From: Thermodesulfovibrionales bacterium
Lineage (GTDB): Bacteria; Nitrospirota; Thermodesulfovibrionia; Thermodesulfovibrionales; UBA6898
Reading direction: 5' to 3'
Assembly (NCBI GenBank): GCA_044450345.1
Contig: JBIOIY010000019.1
Location: forward strand, 1 to 44,190
Length of the DNA stretch: 44,190 bases
The translations under genes and the position numbers were made by a program. Shown one piece after another: positions 29,749-40,015 of this stretch (positions within the stretch are counted from its first letter, which is position 1; the number at the start of each line of letters is the position of its first letter). Under the pieces are notes generated by a model that was given only the letters and a program-made list of their open reading frames with translations, did no database searches and was not told the DNA's origin.

Positions 29749-29776
29749 TTGACATTATTCATGTGCCTGCTACTAT
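29749..29776 (+). promoter_or_regulatory. Sigma70 promoter for the VOC-ycaC-SnoaL genes
   Basis: TTGACA-16-TACTAT with TGn; RBS TAAGGAGG downstream. Confidence 0.6.
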
Positions 29777-29807
29777 TTGAAGAAGGAAAACCTTAAGGAG
29801 GTACAAC

Positions 29808-30170
29808 ATGGCAAACCCCTTTGTTCACATTGAATTGCATACGAAAGACGTTGAGAAGTCAAAAAAGTTTTACACGGGTATGTTCGACTGGAAGCTAGAG
29901 GAATTTCCCGGCATGGACTACACGATAATCAAAGTCGGAGATGGAACGGGCGGAGGAATGATGAAGAACCCCATGCCTGGCGATCCCGACAACTGGCTTC
30001 CGTATATCATGGTTGATGACGTAGAAGCATCAACGAAGAAAGCGACGTCGCTCGGAGCCGTCATTGCCAAGGATATCACAGAGGTTCCGGACATGGGGTG
30101 GTTCAGCGTGATTATCGATCCGACTGGTGCGGCTTTTGGACTCTGGCAGTCGAAGACAGTCAAGATGTGA
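29808..30170 (+). CDS. VOC/glyoxalase family protein
   Basis: FVHIEL, FY..MFDW, WLPYIMVDDV, DPTGAAFGLW. Confidence 0.9.
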   Translation: MANPFVHIELHTKDVEKSKKFYTGMFDWKLEEFPGMDYTIIKVGDGTGGGMMKNPMPGDPDNWLPYIMVDDVEASTKKATSLGAVIAKDITEVPDMGWFSVIIDPTGAAFGLWQSKTVKM

Positions 30171-30226
30171 TTTTCTGCGGCTGACACGCTCTTTCCCAGT
30201 CACCGTACAAATATAAGGAGAATGCC

Positions 30227-30850
30227 ATGACCAATCAAAACCGTCCTTACGAACCCCTGACGTCGCAAAACGCGGCGCTCGTCCTCGTCGATCATCAGGT
30301 CGGCCTCATGACAGGCGTCCGCGACTATTCGACCGGAGAGCTGAAACACAACGTAGTAGCGCTGGCCAGAGCCGCAAAAGCGCTGAAATTGCCGATTGTC
30401 GTCACCACGACAGCGAGAGACAGCATGTGGGGCCCGACGTTCCCCGAACTCGTCGAAGCGCTGCCGGGCATCGAGATCATCGACCGTTCGTCGGTCAACG
30501 CTTTCGACGACGCGCGCGTAGCGCGTGCCATCGAGGCGACCGGCCGCAAGAAGCTGATCTTCGCCGGCATCTCTCTCGAAGTCTGCGCGGCTTTCCCGGC
30601 CATCACAGCCGTGGGCAAAGGGCTCGACGCTTATGTGGCGGTCGATGCCTCGGGAACGTTCAGCGAGACCAAGCGCCAAGTCGGGCTCCTCCGCATGTTG
30701 CAGGCGGGCGTCATCGTCTCTGACTACGCAACCCTGATGGTGGAAATACTCAAGGACAATGCGCGGCCGGAAGCCGGCGAGGTCTACGGGGCTATGGACA
30801 TGCCCTGGGCGAAGCTTGTCGGCCAGATCTCCCGCGCCTACGGAAAGTAA
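30227..30850 (+). CDS. Isochorismatase-family hydrolase (YcaC-like)
   Basis: LVDHQVGL, NAFDD, GISLEVCAAFPA, DASGT. Confidence 0.9.
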   Translation: MTNQNRPYEPLTSQNAALVLVDHQVGLMTGVRDYSTGELKHNVVALARAAKALKLPIVVTTTARDSMWGPTFPELVEALPGIEIIDRSSVNAFDDARVARAIEATGRKKLIFAGISLEVCAAFPAITAVGKGLDAYVAVDASGTFSETKRQVGLLRMLQAGVIVSDYATLMVEILKDNARPEAGEVYGAMDMPWAKLVGQISRAYGK

Positions 30851-30925
30851 ACGACTGGCGGAAAGCCGACGTGCTCAACGCCGGCATCCTCGGATTCATG
30901 GTAAGTAGCTAGACAGGGAGGTCTC

Positions 30926-31771
30926 ATGGACATGAAGTCAGCTGAAGAAAGCAAAGCATTAGTTCAGAAGGCATTCGATACGCTCTTTAACAAGCGTGAT
31001 TACGCGAAAGCGGCGGAGTTCTGGTCAGAGACTTATATTCAACACAGTGCCCACATAGAGCCTGGGCGAGACGGTTTGTTCAACCTCATCCGCAGCCTCC
31101 CGGACACGCTGCGTTATGAGAACGCTCGCATCCTGGCAGAGGACGACTATGTGATGCTGCACGGGCGGTTTAGTGGACACGGCCGCCCCCGAGCATGGAT
31201 TGCTGCCGACATTGTGAGGCTAGAAGGGGGACGCCTGGCGGAACATTGGGATGTACTGCAGGACGAAGCCACCAAGGACGAATCAAAAAGCGGTCTGCCG
31301 ATGTTTGGCACTTCATTCGCTGAACCCGGTTATCAACCCGCACCCGGTGCCGCACCATTGACGATAGAGGAAGCGCGAACGATCGTGGCGCCGCTGTATG
31401 AGGCGTTGAACGAACCCGCCAAGAAGGATGTGGCTTCCTTGTTGGCCAAGGCGACTAATCCTGATTACCGATCATATTCGACAAATGAGGACTGCCTTAC
31501 GCGCGACCAACTAGTCGAAGTATTTAAGATGCTAGGCTCGGCCGTCCCGGATTTGCGCTGGACAATTGAGGATATCCAGACGTTCGGCGATCAAATCGTG
31601 GTGCGTGGTAAAGCGACCGGGACACCCAAAGGGGAGTTGTGGGGAGCGAAACCGACGGGCAAGAGATTTAACACAATGGCGATTGATATATTCACCGTGA
31701 AAAACGGCAAGCTGGCTTCCGCTTATCACGTTGAGAACTGGATGGGAGCATTGGAGCAGATTGGCAAGTAG
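30926..31771 (+). CDS. Tandem SnoaL/NTF2-like domain protein
   Basis: YIQHSAHIEPGRDG...LAEHWDVLQ, then VPDLRWTIED...YHVENW. Confidence 0.85.
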   Translation: MDMKSAEESKALVQKAFDTLFNKRDYAKAAEFWSETYIQHSAHIEPGRDGLFNLIRSLPDTLRYENARILAEDDYVMLHGRFSGHGRPRAWIAADIVRLEGGRLAEHWDVLQDEATKDESKSGLPMFGTSFAEPGYQPAPGAAPLTIEEARTIVAPLYEALNEPAKKDVASLLAKATNPDYRSYSTNEDCLTRDQLVEVFKMLGSAVPDLRWTIEDIQTFGDQIVVRGKATGTPKGELWGAKPTGKRFNTMAIDIFTVKNGKLASAYHVENWMGALEQIGK

Positions 31772-31829
31772 GGGCAACTGCGGGTGAATATGCAGCGATC
31801 TCAATAACTGTTATTATATGAGGACCTCC

Positions 31830-32975
31830 TCAAAAATGTTCTCTCCGACCCCGCCCTTTACTCTCGACCCCTCGAAAACTTGCACCCAGCGGCTCCCAGG
31901 CGCTTACCTGCCAGTTATCCAGTTTTCCTTCATCTGCAACCCATGGCGGCAGTTTAATGAGAAAGAAGGCTGCCAGCCCGTTGGCGTATGGTTCGTACAT
32001 TGCCCGCAATTTGGCCAATGGCTCGTCAGCGGCTTCTCCCTCATTAAACTTCAGGCCTGCATCCGCTAAAATTGTGTGCAATCGTGCAAGCATGTCCGGA
32101 GACAGCCGATCATGCGATGGCTTTACGGGTGGTCTGTTAAATACAAGAGAAAGGTCGACGACAGCGTGGCGGGCAATAGCAAATGTCAGTTCAGCCTGCC
32201 TCTTGCAACTTCCCTCCACACCTACCATTACCAGCGCGCAGGTGTCGAGGACCGCAGTAAGGGCACCGAGCCACGACTGATTATCGTGCTGAGATCTGAA
32301 ATAGGCCAGCACCGGGTAAGAGATATGGCCTTCGAGAAGTTCAGCAGACCAAGTCTCCCACTCCAGGAGCAGTTGCCTGAGGGCCTCCATGCCATGCGCG
32401 TCAGCGTGGCGGCGCAGAATTTCTGCGGCACAAGGAGGGGAACCCGCCCTGGCATCAAGGAGTGAGATGCTCACTTCCCGCCGGGCAAAGGACTGGTTTA
32501 GGGCTGGAATGTAACTGATAACAAGGGCCAGAAACCCAAACCCCAGCCCCGCTTCAAGCACCGTAAGAAAGCGCGCCACTCCACTGCTGGGAAACACATC
32601 TCCCAACCCAAGGGTGAAAAAAGTTGTGCCACTCATGTACAGGTCAGTAAGAAAGCCCCCGTCCCCCACGGTCGCACGGACCTGTGAGCCGATAGCCCAG
32701 TGTAGCGATGCAAAACCGATGATCAGGCAGATGACCCAAAAACCTATCATAAGAAGATTGCAAAGGGGGCCGAAGAAACTCAAACAAGTTTCACGAAATT
32801 TCTCCGGAACGAGGCTGGTGACCGTCCCCCGCCAGGAACGCCAGAAGAACCGGAAAAGGTATCTGCTGAGGCGGAACCGGCGGGTCACCCGGCGTGGAAG
32901 TACAATGGTCTCGAATCCTTCCCATAGGATGACCATAACCAGAAACACCCCAACTATCGCCGCCACTACTTGCAT
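31830..32975 (-). CDS. Potassium-channel-family (ion_trans_2) membrane protein
   Basis: TM helices flanking pore loop YMSGTTFFTLGLGD; HISYPVLAYFRS cytoplasmic motif. Confidence 0.8.
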   Translation of the reverse strand: MQVVAAIVGVFLVMVILWEGFETIVLPRRVTRRFRLSRYLFRFFWRSWRGTVTSLVPEKFRETCLSFFGPLCNLLMIGFWVICLIIGFASLHWAIGSQVRATVGDGGFLTDLYMSGTTFFTLGLGDVFPSSGVARFLTVLEAGLGFGFLALVISYIPALNQSFARREVSISLLDARAGSPPCAAEILRRHADAHGMEALRQLLLEWETWSAELLEGHISYPVLAYFRSQHDNQSWLGALTAVLDTCALVMVGVEGSCKRQAELTFAIARHAVVDLSLVFNRPPVKPSHDRLSPDMLARLHTILADAGLKFNEGEAADEPLAKLRAMYEPYANGLAAFFLIKLPPWVADEGKLDNWQVSAWEPLGASFRGVESKGRGRREHF

Positions 32976-33458
32976 CGCATAATTGTACCACACCACAAGT
33001 TAAAATAAGGACGCACTCGCTATGTAGGGGATACTGAGAACTGACTTAAGAGCAACCATGTGGTTGTCCTACTTTATCCCGACAAGACTGAAATAGTCGC
33101 AAAGAGAAGTTTGTATGGCCTGCTGAATCCCTTATTTTTTTATGAACACGCGAATCATTTCGGAATGAAGCTGTTAACGTTGACTAGAATGGTCTCTCTG
33201 CAGACTATAGGGAGTACAGGTTAACCAGATCGACTCATAAAATCTGTTCGTTATTTCCCGTACTTTGCAAACGAGAATAATTATTTTTGTTTGTACTGTG
33301 CACACAGTTGCGGCAATCTGAACCTGTTGGCTCCTGTGAGAAACAGCTTTTGAGACAGTAAAAAAGGAGGGACAAAAAAAGTTTCCCGGAAGTAAACGCA
33401 ATTTGGCCTCTTGTTTTGTCCTGTGCATTTTATATTGCCCTCCTCAAATCATGAATAT

Positions 33459-33474
33459 AGCACGAGCTGTGCCA
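33459..33474 (-). promoter_or_regulatory. Sigma54 (-24/-12) promoter candidate
   Basis: TGGCACAGCTCGTGCT (GG-N10-GC), followed by RBS GAGGAGG and ATG at 33428. Confidence 0.5.
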
Positions 33475-33622
33475 AGTGGAAAGCCATTATGAAGAAAAGT
33501 TATTCGATAGTTTCATGTATAGCCAAGTCATTGAAATAGAACTCGCAGTAACAAACTTGAAACTCTGAATAGCAAAAATCTGACGAAAAACTGGTTTAGT
33601 CTGACACAAATCTGACGAAAGG

Positions 33623-35140
33623 CTATTCCTTGATGACATAGTGAGTTGACCTCCCGGAGCCTCTCTGCTCAATAAGCGCTAACTCCATAAGCCTCTTGAA
33701 ATCCCGATTTGCCGTGTCTCTGGTTATTCCGAATTCCCTTGTGCATTCTTCGCTGGATATCCTTGAATGATCGAGAATATATTTGAGAATGTCTTTTTGT
33801 CTTGTCGTGAGCTGATTCAGCCTATCCGAAGGAATTTCAAAGACAACATTCAGCTTGCTCGGCTTGAGCTTAAGGATATCCTCAGGCCCGTAGAATGTGA
33901 CCGTGAAATAACCGGATTCATAATCGATTGAAGGGGGCTTGAGGCCGTAATTCACCATCATGTCGTGCATCCTCTTAAATCCGCCGCCGCGCTCTTCCAT
34001 AAACTTCGAGTCAAAAAGAGCGCTGGCTATAATCTAATTTCTGGATTTGGGCCGATATTTAAAAGCTCTTACCATTTCAAGGGTCAACGGTTCCGGCAAA
34101 AGGCCGGGGCTTGCTATAACTATCCTATCAGAGAAAATCTGGACCATTATAGCCGCACCTGATATGACGTAATCCCTATGTGCAAGGGCATTTATTACTG
34201 CTTCTCTTAGTGCCTCGATGGGGTATTCGGAAATCTGGACTCTTGAAAACCCCTCAATACGTGCGGCGGTCTTCATGTTTTTGAGAAAGAATGCCTCGGC
34301 GCCCTTGACCAGATCAAAAATGGCGCCCATAATCTCTTTCTGATCGATAGTGTTTCCGGGCTCAGTACCTTGAAATGCATCCGCTTTAATCTTGCTTTGA
34401 GGGAGATATGATTGAGGATGTTTACCAAACAGAAGCAACCCGGCCACGGTCGGGACCAATAGATTTCTATGCGGCAAGAAATGGAGCATGCTCCTCTTTC
34501 TGAGGAGGTCTATTATCTCAGCCTTGCCCTTAAGCTTAAGCCCTGCCGCCTTGAAAAACGCGTCGGCATCTTTCAGCGAGATTTCATTCTCCGGCGCGTT
34601 CATTATTGGTTTCTTGTCGTAATTAGAGGAAGTCTTATCAGGCTCTACGGTGCTTTTTCCTGTCGGGATCTCAATGTCATGCTTCTTCTTGAGATAATGA
34701 CTCAGGCCTTTACGAGTCCAATCTTTCAGCTCTATGTAATTTTCAAATCTCTTGTAGCTGTATCCCCGATGCCCCTTGAATTCTTTCAACAGGTCTTTCA
34801 ACTTCTCGTCTCTTCCAGTGTCTGTCTTGCCTTTGAGGAACACAAGGATATATTTGTCATCGGCCTTTGCCTGTCTATATTCCCTTTCAGTCGGTGACAG
34901 ACCGTCCTCTTCGGGTGTCCCGTATTCGTTTCCGAATATGCCTATGTAAAGATCGCACTCCTTCAGTTTTTCCAGGTATGCTTTTCTTGAAGGCACTGCC
35001 ATAGGAGGAAACCCTTCCCACATCTCGACATCGAAATAACGGTTCAAAAACTCATTATCCGTAATCGCCTCCTTAACAGCGAGGCGTTCATTCATGAGTT
35101 CCTTTAAGGTTGAGCTTATGAATATCTTAATCTTCTTCAT
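33623..35140 (-). pseudogene. DUF4062 + RecG_C/HATPase_c_4 + wHTH protein interrupted by one in-frame TAG
   Basis: KIFISST..EL..ER, YIGIFG.EYG, SPTEREY; REAVINALAHRDY, SPG; KSRN*IIASALFDSKFMEERGGG continues in frame (TAG 34034-34036). Confidence 0.85.
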
Positions 35141-35306
35141 TTACTTTCGATAGAATGTAACAGTTTTAAATCTAAGTTTTCAAATAGGATATAGTCTCAG
35201 TGTGCCTGGCGGAGCTTTACCTAAGCATAGCAGAAGGCTTTAAGGATAATGTACAAGCTAGAAGGACGGCAGCTCATGCCTTCTCCAGAGTTTTCCGATT
35301 TCCACT

Positions 35307-35326
35307 GTAGCAGAATCGTAGCAGAT
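35307..35326 (+). repeat. GTAGCAGA direct repeat, possible integrase arm-type sites
   Basis: GTAGCAGA-ATC-GTAGCAGA about 120 bp inside the tRNA fragment. Confidence 0.45.
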
Positions 35327-35447
35327 TTCTGCTCTTAAGGCAGAAAATACGGAAAAACCGGAAATTATAGAATCAGAGTTTCTTAAACAAAATCATTGAG
35401 TTAAGCCCAAATCGTTGCCAGTAGCCCATCTGTTAATAATGCCCGCT

Positions 35448-35496
35448 TCGCCCTTTCAAGGCGGTAACGCGGGTTCGAATCCCGCTGGGGACGCCA
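35448..35496 (+). mobile_element. tRNA-Glu(TTC) 3' fragment; probable attR of an integrative element lying to the left
   Basis: Anticodon arm TCGCC-CTTTCAA-GGCGG, T arm GCGGG-TTCGAAT-CCCGC, acceptor 3' strand TGGGGAC-G-CCA; no D arm or 5' GTCCCCA upstream. Confidence 0.85.
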
Positions 35497-35766
35497 ACGT
35501 TACTCTCAGCAAAAAAAAACTTGCTGAGTTCATGTTTGATGGACCTATGGGAACTATATTCCTGTAGGTCCATCTTGATACCGCCCGTCTTTTCACCGTC
35601 ACACCAGCTTTGTTTGCATCTTCAATGTCAACTATTTTTTTAAGTAAGATTTAAAGATTACCGATCTCCCGTTCAAGGCGTTCATACGGGAGATTGTCCA
35701 TACGACGCACGTTACAATCGTAAGAGAGTATGGTTTATGTGAGCTTCTCTGTATGCACTCTTCAGA

Positions 35767-37215
35767 CTATCCGCAAGCCCTGCCTTTTAAACTGAAGAAG
35801 AATTTCAGAGTCTTTTTAACCTTCTCTGAAAATATTTTCCCGGAAAAAAAAGACCCGACAACCTTCTTGTTTATCTCTCCGAGTGTTGGATAGGGATGAA
35901 CGCTGCCCGCCAGGGTCGAAAGATTGACATTGCCATTCATTACCGCCACCCATTCGCTTATCAGTTCTCCCGCATGGGGACCGAGGATTTGAACACCTAT
36001 GGGTTTTTCCTTTTCGTCAAGGAGCATTTTGATCCTTCCCACCTCTTCCCCCTCCGCAAGACTGCGGTCGTTTGCCCTGAACTCCTCCGTCCAGGCCGAA
36101 TATTCTATCCCCGCAGCTTTCGCCATTGCTTCATTCATGCCGATGTTCGCAAGTTCCGGATCAGTATAGGTGCACCAGGGCAGATTGCTAAAATCAGCTT
36201 TTCTGGGCAGGTGGAAGATGGCGTTGCTGACGACAATGCTTCCCTCATATCCTGCGGCATGGGTAAAGAGGTATTTGCCATTGACGTCGCCGATCGCATA
36301 AATGTGTTTATGATTAGTCATCATGCGGTCATTGACCTTAATGCCTCTCTTATCGAAATCCACGCCAATTTCTTTCAGCCCCAAACCTTCCACATTGGCG
36401 TCCCTTCCTATAGCGACAAGAATGGTTTCGGCGCGGAGGGCAACCGAAGTGCCTTCGGCGGTCTTGATGACGACCTCCCGTTCGCTGCCCAAATCCTGTG
36501 TGCTTTCAATAGAGGCTTTCAGATAGAAGGTCACGCCCTCTTTGCTTAACACATTCATCACCAGATCCGCCATATCCCTGTCTTCTTTATGAAGGATCTG
36601 ATCAGGACGCTGGATGACCGTAACCTTTGTCCCAAGACGGGCAAAGGCCTGCGCCATCTCCGTGCCGATGGGGCCTCCGCCTAAAATGATCATGGATTTC
36701 GGAAGTTTTTCCATAGAGAAGATCTGCCTGTTGGTGACATAAGGGGTCTTGTTCAACCCCTTTATCGGCGGAACTGAAGGGGAAGAGCCCGTTGCGATGA
36801 CCCAGTTCTTTGCCGAATAGGTTTTTCCATTCAGACGAATGGAATGTTCATCGGTGAAGGTCGATTCCCCGAATTCAACTTTAGCGCCGAGTTTGCAAAA
36901 GCGCTCCTCGGAATCATGCTTTTGGATAATGCCTATGACATGCTGAATTCTCTTTGTCACGTCTCTGAAGTCCACAGGCGGAAGCTCCACCTCCGGAAGA
37001 CCGAAATATCCCGCTTTTTTCATCATATGCCGGACATGGGAGGTCATTATGAGTGTCTTGCTCGGAACACATCCATAATGGAGACAATCACCGCCCAGTT
37101 TGCTTTCCCTATCGATAAGGAGCGTTTTTGCCCCGAGTTGGGCCGCTCCGGCAGCAACAGTGAGCCCCCCCGAGCCGCCTCCGAGTATCCCTATGTCAAA
37201 GTCAAAATTTGCCAT
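35767..37215 (-). CDS. Class I pyridine nucleotide-disulfide oxidoreductase (LpdA/MerA-like)
   Basis: GGGSGG, GGDCLHYGCVPSK, GGGPIG.E, HPYPTLGE; no C-terminal CC pair. Confidence 0.9.
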   Translation of the reverse strand: MANFDFDIGILGGGSGGLTVAAGAAQLGAKTLLIDRESKLGGDCLHYGCVPSKTLIMTSHVRHMMKKAGYFGLPEVELPPVDFRDVTKRIQHVIGIIQKHDSEERFCKLGAKVEFGESTFTDEHSIRLNGKTYSAKNWVIATGSSPSVPPIKGLNKTPYVTNRQIFSMEKLPKSMIILGGGPIGTEMAQAFARLGTKVTVIQRPDQILHKEDRDMADLVMNVLSKEGVTFYLKASIESTQDLGSEREVVIKTAEGTSVALRAETILVAIGRDANVEGLGLKEIGVDFDKRGIKVNDRMMTNHKHIYAIGDVNGKYLFTHAAGYEGSIVVSNAIFHLPRKADFSNLPWCTYTDPELANIGMNEAMAKAAGIEYSAWTEEFRANDRSLAEGEEVGRIKMLLDEKEKPIGVQILGPHAGELISEWVAVMNGNVNLSTLAGSVHPYPTLGEINKKVVGSFFSGKIFSEKVKKTLKFFFSLKGRACG

Positions 37216-37239
37216 GTTACCTCCTTTATTGCCGGGCTT

Positions 37240-37962
37240 TTACTTATTATCGGAGCTTGCCTTCTTTGATTTATATAGAGACAGCAATTTCTTTGTCGCA
37301 ATGGGGAACAGTCCGAGAAGTACGAAAGATAATATCAGGCCGGGAGAAAGTATCCCTGAAATGGAATTGATCTTTGCCAGTTCCTTGCCGGCATTCACAT
37401 ATACTATCGTTCCGGCCAACATTCCCACCTGAGAGACCCAGTAGAAGGTTCTAAGCGGCATCTTCGTGAGCCCCATAATCAGGTTGATTAGCCAAAAAGG
37501 AAAGATAGGGATCAATCGCAGGGTAAATAAGTAAAAACTCCCCTCTCTTGCTATCCCCTCGTTGACCACTTTGAGCTTGTCTCCGAACTTCCCTTGTACC
37601 CAGTCTCGTAAGACAAAACGAGATACGAGGCACGCTAAAGTTGCACCGATCGTACTCGCAAAGGAAACAACAATTGTGCCTATCAATAATCCAAACAGGG
37701 CCCCCCCTGTAAGGGTCATTATCGCGGCTCCCGGCAACGATAACGATGTCACGAGGATATAGATCAGCATGTATGCGGCAATTACCATTGGCCTGTGATC
37801 TGCGTAGAGGACGGCCAATTTTGCCTGAGATGCCTTGACGTAAGAGAGGGTAAAATACTGCTCAAGACCAAGAACCTTAAAGATCACTACTATTCCGACC
37901 ACAGCGGTTATGACCGCTATCTTTTTGGTGATTTTCTTATGCATCACGCTCCTTGCCGACAA
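37240..37962 (-). CDS. TVP38/TMEM64 (VTT/DedA superfamily) membrane protein
   Basis: LSLPGAAIMTL.GG.LFG, ASTIGAT, LRLIPIFPFWLIN, VSQVGML.GT.VYVNAG. Confidence 0.92.
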   Translation of the reverse strand: MSARSVMHKKITKKIAVITAVVGIVVIFKVLGLEQYFTLSYVKASQAKLAVLYADHRPMVIAAYMLIYILVTSLSLPGAAIMTLTGGALFGLLIGTIVVSFASTIGATLACLVSRFVLRDWVQGKFGDKLKVVNEGIAREGSFYLFTLRLIPIFPFWLINLIMGLTKMPLRTFYWVSQVGMLAGTIVYVNAGKELAKINSISGILSPGLILSFVLLGLFPIATKKLLSLYKSKKASSDNK

Positions 37963-38002
37963 GAACGGTATCTTTCAATTCTCCTCCTTGATCATGAAGC
38001 CG

Positions 38003-40003
38003 CTACATTTTAATAAACAGGGGCTGTTTGCAGTAAGGGCATGTCTCCATCCCCTGGAACTTCTTCAGATATCGCTGCACCGTAATAATAAAGGTCGCAT
38101 GACTCCATGTGAGAGGAGAAACCGAAACAGGTTCACCGGTAAAGGGGTTTACCTGTTCTGCAAGCACCCCCGACCGAAGAGCTATTTGCGCGACCCAGTT
38201 CAGTATCGGAAGGCATTCCTTTAACTCCTCCTTGTTTTGTGCCTTCTCTATCAGATACTGGGCATGCCAGAGCGTGCAAATGACCCAGGGATTGCCGGGG
38301 ATATCCTCGTTCGGTTCAACTACGCTTTGGTACCGATCGTTCTCGTATCTTGCCATGCCGCCTATTCCGGTCTTGCACCATAGCTTATCTTTCAGGGCGT
38401 TCATACTACGCTGAATCTTGTCATCATCTGCGGGAAAGACACCGAAAGCGAAGAGGCCGAAGAGACTTGCATCGAGTCTGAAATCATTCTTGAGTATCCC
38501 AAAACGTTCAGAAACCGAGCCCAGAAATCTCCCGACCTCATCGCTATAGAGATATTCCGTCAGCGCGTCCCTTATCCTATCAGCCGCTTTTTCGTATTTT
38601 TCGGACAGTTCTGTCTCGCCGAAGGCCACAGTGAAATGGCCCGCGGCCCTCAGCCCCGCGATGACGGCGGAGACGGTAAAAGCATGAATCCCCAACTGCT
38701 CTTCCCATAGGTCGTATGACGGAAGGGGGAGACCGGTCCTCTGGTCTACGAACTCACACATGAAGTCCGCTGCGGCCTTGATGACCTTTCTGTACAGGGG
38801 CTTTATGAACTCAACGTCCCGGTACATACTGTAATGCTCCCAGAGAGCCCAAACAACGAGCCCGGTTTCATCTTCCTGGATCGGCAGGTGGGGTTTTCCC
38901 TCAAGAACCCAGGGATGCCATGAACTGGCGAGAGATCCATCGGCGTTATACTTGTGCAGGAAGAACCCGTTTCTCCCTATTATCTCCCCGCAGAATTCGA
39001 AGAACCCTCGCGCAGGGATCGGATAGCCGGCAAGGTCGAGGGCATACGCGACGAGGGCACCGTCCCTTGGCCACATATACGTATAGGTGTCTCTCGAAAA
39101 GTGGAGGATGTCCGAATCGTTTGCGGCTATGACCGAGCCATTGTTGTTTATGTGGGTCCTGAGGATGAGGAGGCTTCGGGTATATAGTCTTCTGACGGCA
39201 TCCGGGAGATCACCGAATTTCATATTCTCCCTGCCGAGCCACAACCGCCAATAATCGGCTGTCCTCTTGATGAAATACCCCGGTGTCCTCTTCACAACGA
39301 GATCATTCAGCCTTTTCACACCTTTCCAGTCAATGCACGCGGCCATCCAGTAATATGCGTGCGCCTTCTTGCCGGGAGGGATCGTTGTATGCACGGCGCA
39401 GATCGAATCCACGGATCCCTGCGCAACCGGGTTACCCGACAGTACCCCGTCCTCCGCGTCGACCCACGAACCTTCCAGCCCTTTTGTCTCCTTTACCCCT
39501 GTGGCGAACTGAGCAAGACCGATGCCTTCTTCAGTCAGGGCGTTTACCAGAAAATACCTCCGTCCCTTGTAGTGGAGGAGAGCCTTCTCCTCCGGCTTGT
39601 AACATACTGTATCGCCGATCTCTGATCCATATATATGAAAATCATTGTGGAAAAAGAGCCGGAGCTCTATGAACTCCGGCGTGAGATTCCTTGCCGTGAT
39701 CTCCCTAACGTAGAGGTTTTCGTGAAAGTCGACCACATCCCGCATGAGAATTTCTATTCCAAGGGTTTTGTTGACAAGTTCGATTCTTGCTACGAGGGTA
39801 TCATCTTCATAATCCAGCGAGCGCTCCCACCCATCTCCGTCAATCCAGCTAAAAACCCCGTTTATCCAGGCGCCGACTCTGAAGACGTGACCCTGGGCGT
39901 GGTTCTCGCTGCCCACACTCGGGAAATAGAGGTCCCGCAGAAGCCCTTTTTGATCGTACAGTATCAGCAGGGAGCCGTTCCCTATAGGTATATCTCTTGG
40001 CAT
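38003..40003 (-). CDS. Glycoside hydrolase family 15 (glucoamylase-like)
   Basis: MPRDIPIGNG, YMWPRDG, QEDETG, DLWEE, LAEQ, PLTWSHA; C-terminal CPYC. Confidence 0.9.
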   Translation of the reverse strand: MPRDIPIGNGSLLILYDQKGLLRDLYFPSVGSENHAQGHVFRVGAWINGVFSWIDGDGWERSLDYEDDTLVARIELVNKTLGIEILMRDVVDFHENLYVREITARNLTPEFIELRLFFHNDFHIYGSEIGDTVCYKPEEKALLHYKGRRYFLVNALTEEGIGLAQFATGVKETKGLEGSWVDAEDGVLSGNPVAQGSVDSICAVHTTIPPGKKAHAYYWMAACIDWKGVKRLNDLVVKRTPGYFIKRTADYWRLWLGRENMKFGDLPDAVRRLYTRSLLILRTHINNNGSVIAANDSDILHFSRDTYTYMWPRDGALVAYALDLAGYPIPARGFFEFCGEIIGRNGFFLHKYNADGSLASSWHPWVLEGKPHLPIQEDETGLVVWALWEHYSMYRDVEFIKPLYRKVIKAAADFMCEFVDQRTGLPLPSYDLWEEQLGIHAFTVSAVIAGLRAAGHFTVAFGETELSEKYEKAADRIRDALTEYLYSDEVGRFLGSVSERFGILKNDFRLDASLFGLFAFGVFPADDDKIQRSMNALKDKLWCKTGIGGMARYENDRYQSVVEPNEDIPGNPWVICTLWHAQYLIEKAQNKEELKECLPILNWVAQIALRSGVLAEQVNPFTGEPVSVSPLTWSHATFIITVQRYLKKFQGMETCPYCKQPLFIKM

Positions 40004-40015
40004 GCCTACCCCTCG

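Noticed and set aside
12788..34036. Amber (TAG) recoding or pyrrolysine, suggested by two in-frame TAG-ATT sites
   Set aside because: Many intact genes here end in TAG (trxB-like, msrB, GH15, YHS, flavoredoxin), and the kinase also has a frameshift; pseudogenisation is simpler
35420..35496. Complete tRNA-Glu gene
   Set aside because: No 5' acceptor strand or D arm; only the 3' half is present
35767..37215. merA mercury reductase
   Set aside because: No C-terminal Cys-Cys pair or NmerA domain, has HPYPT, and no mer genes nearby
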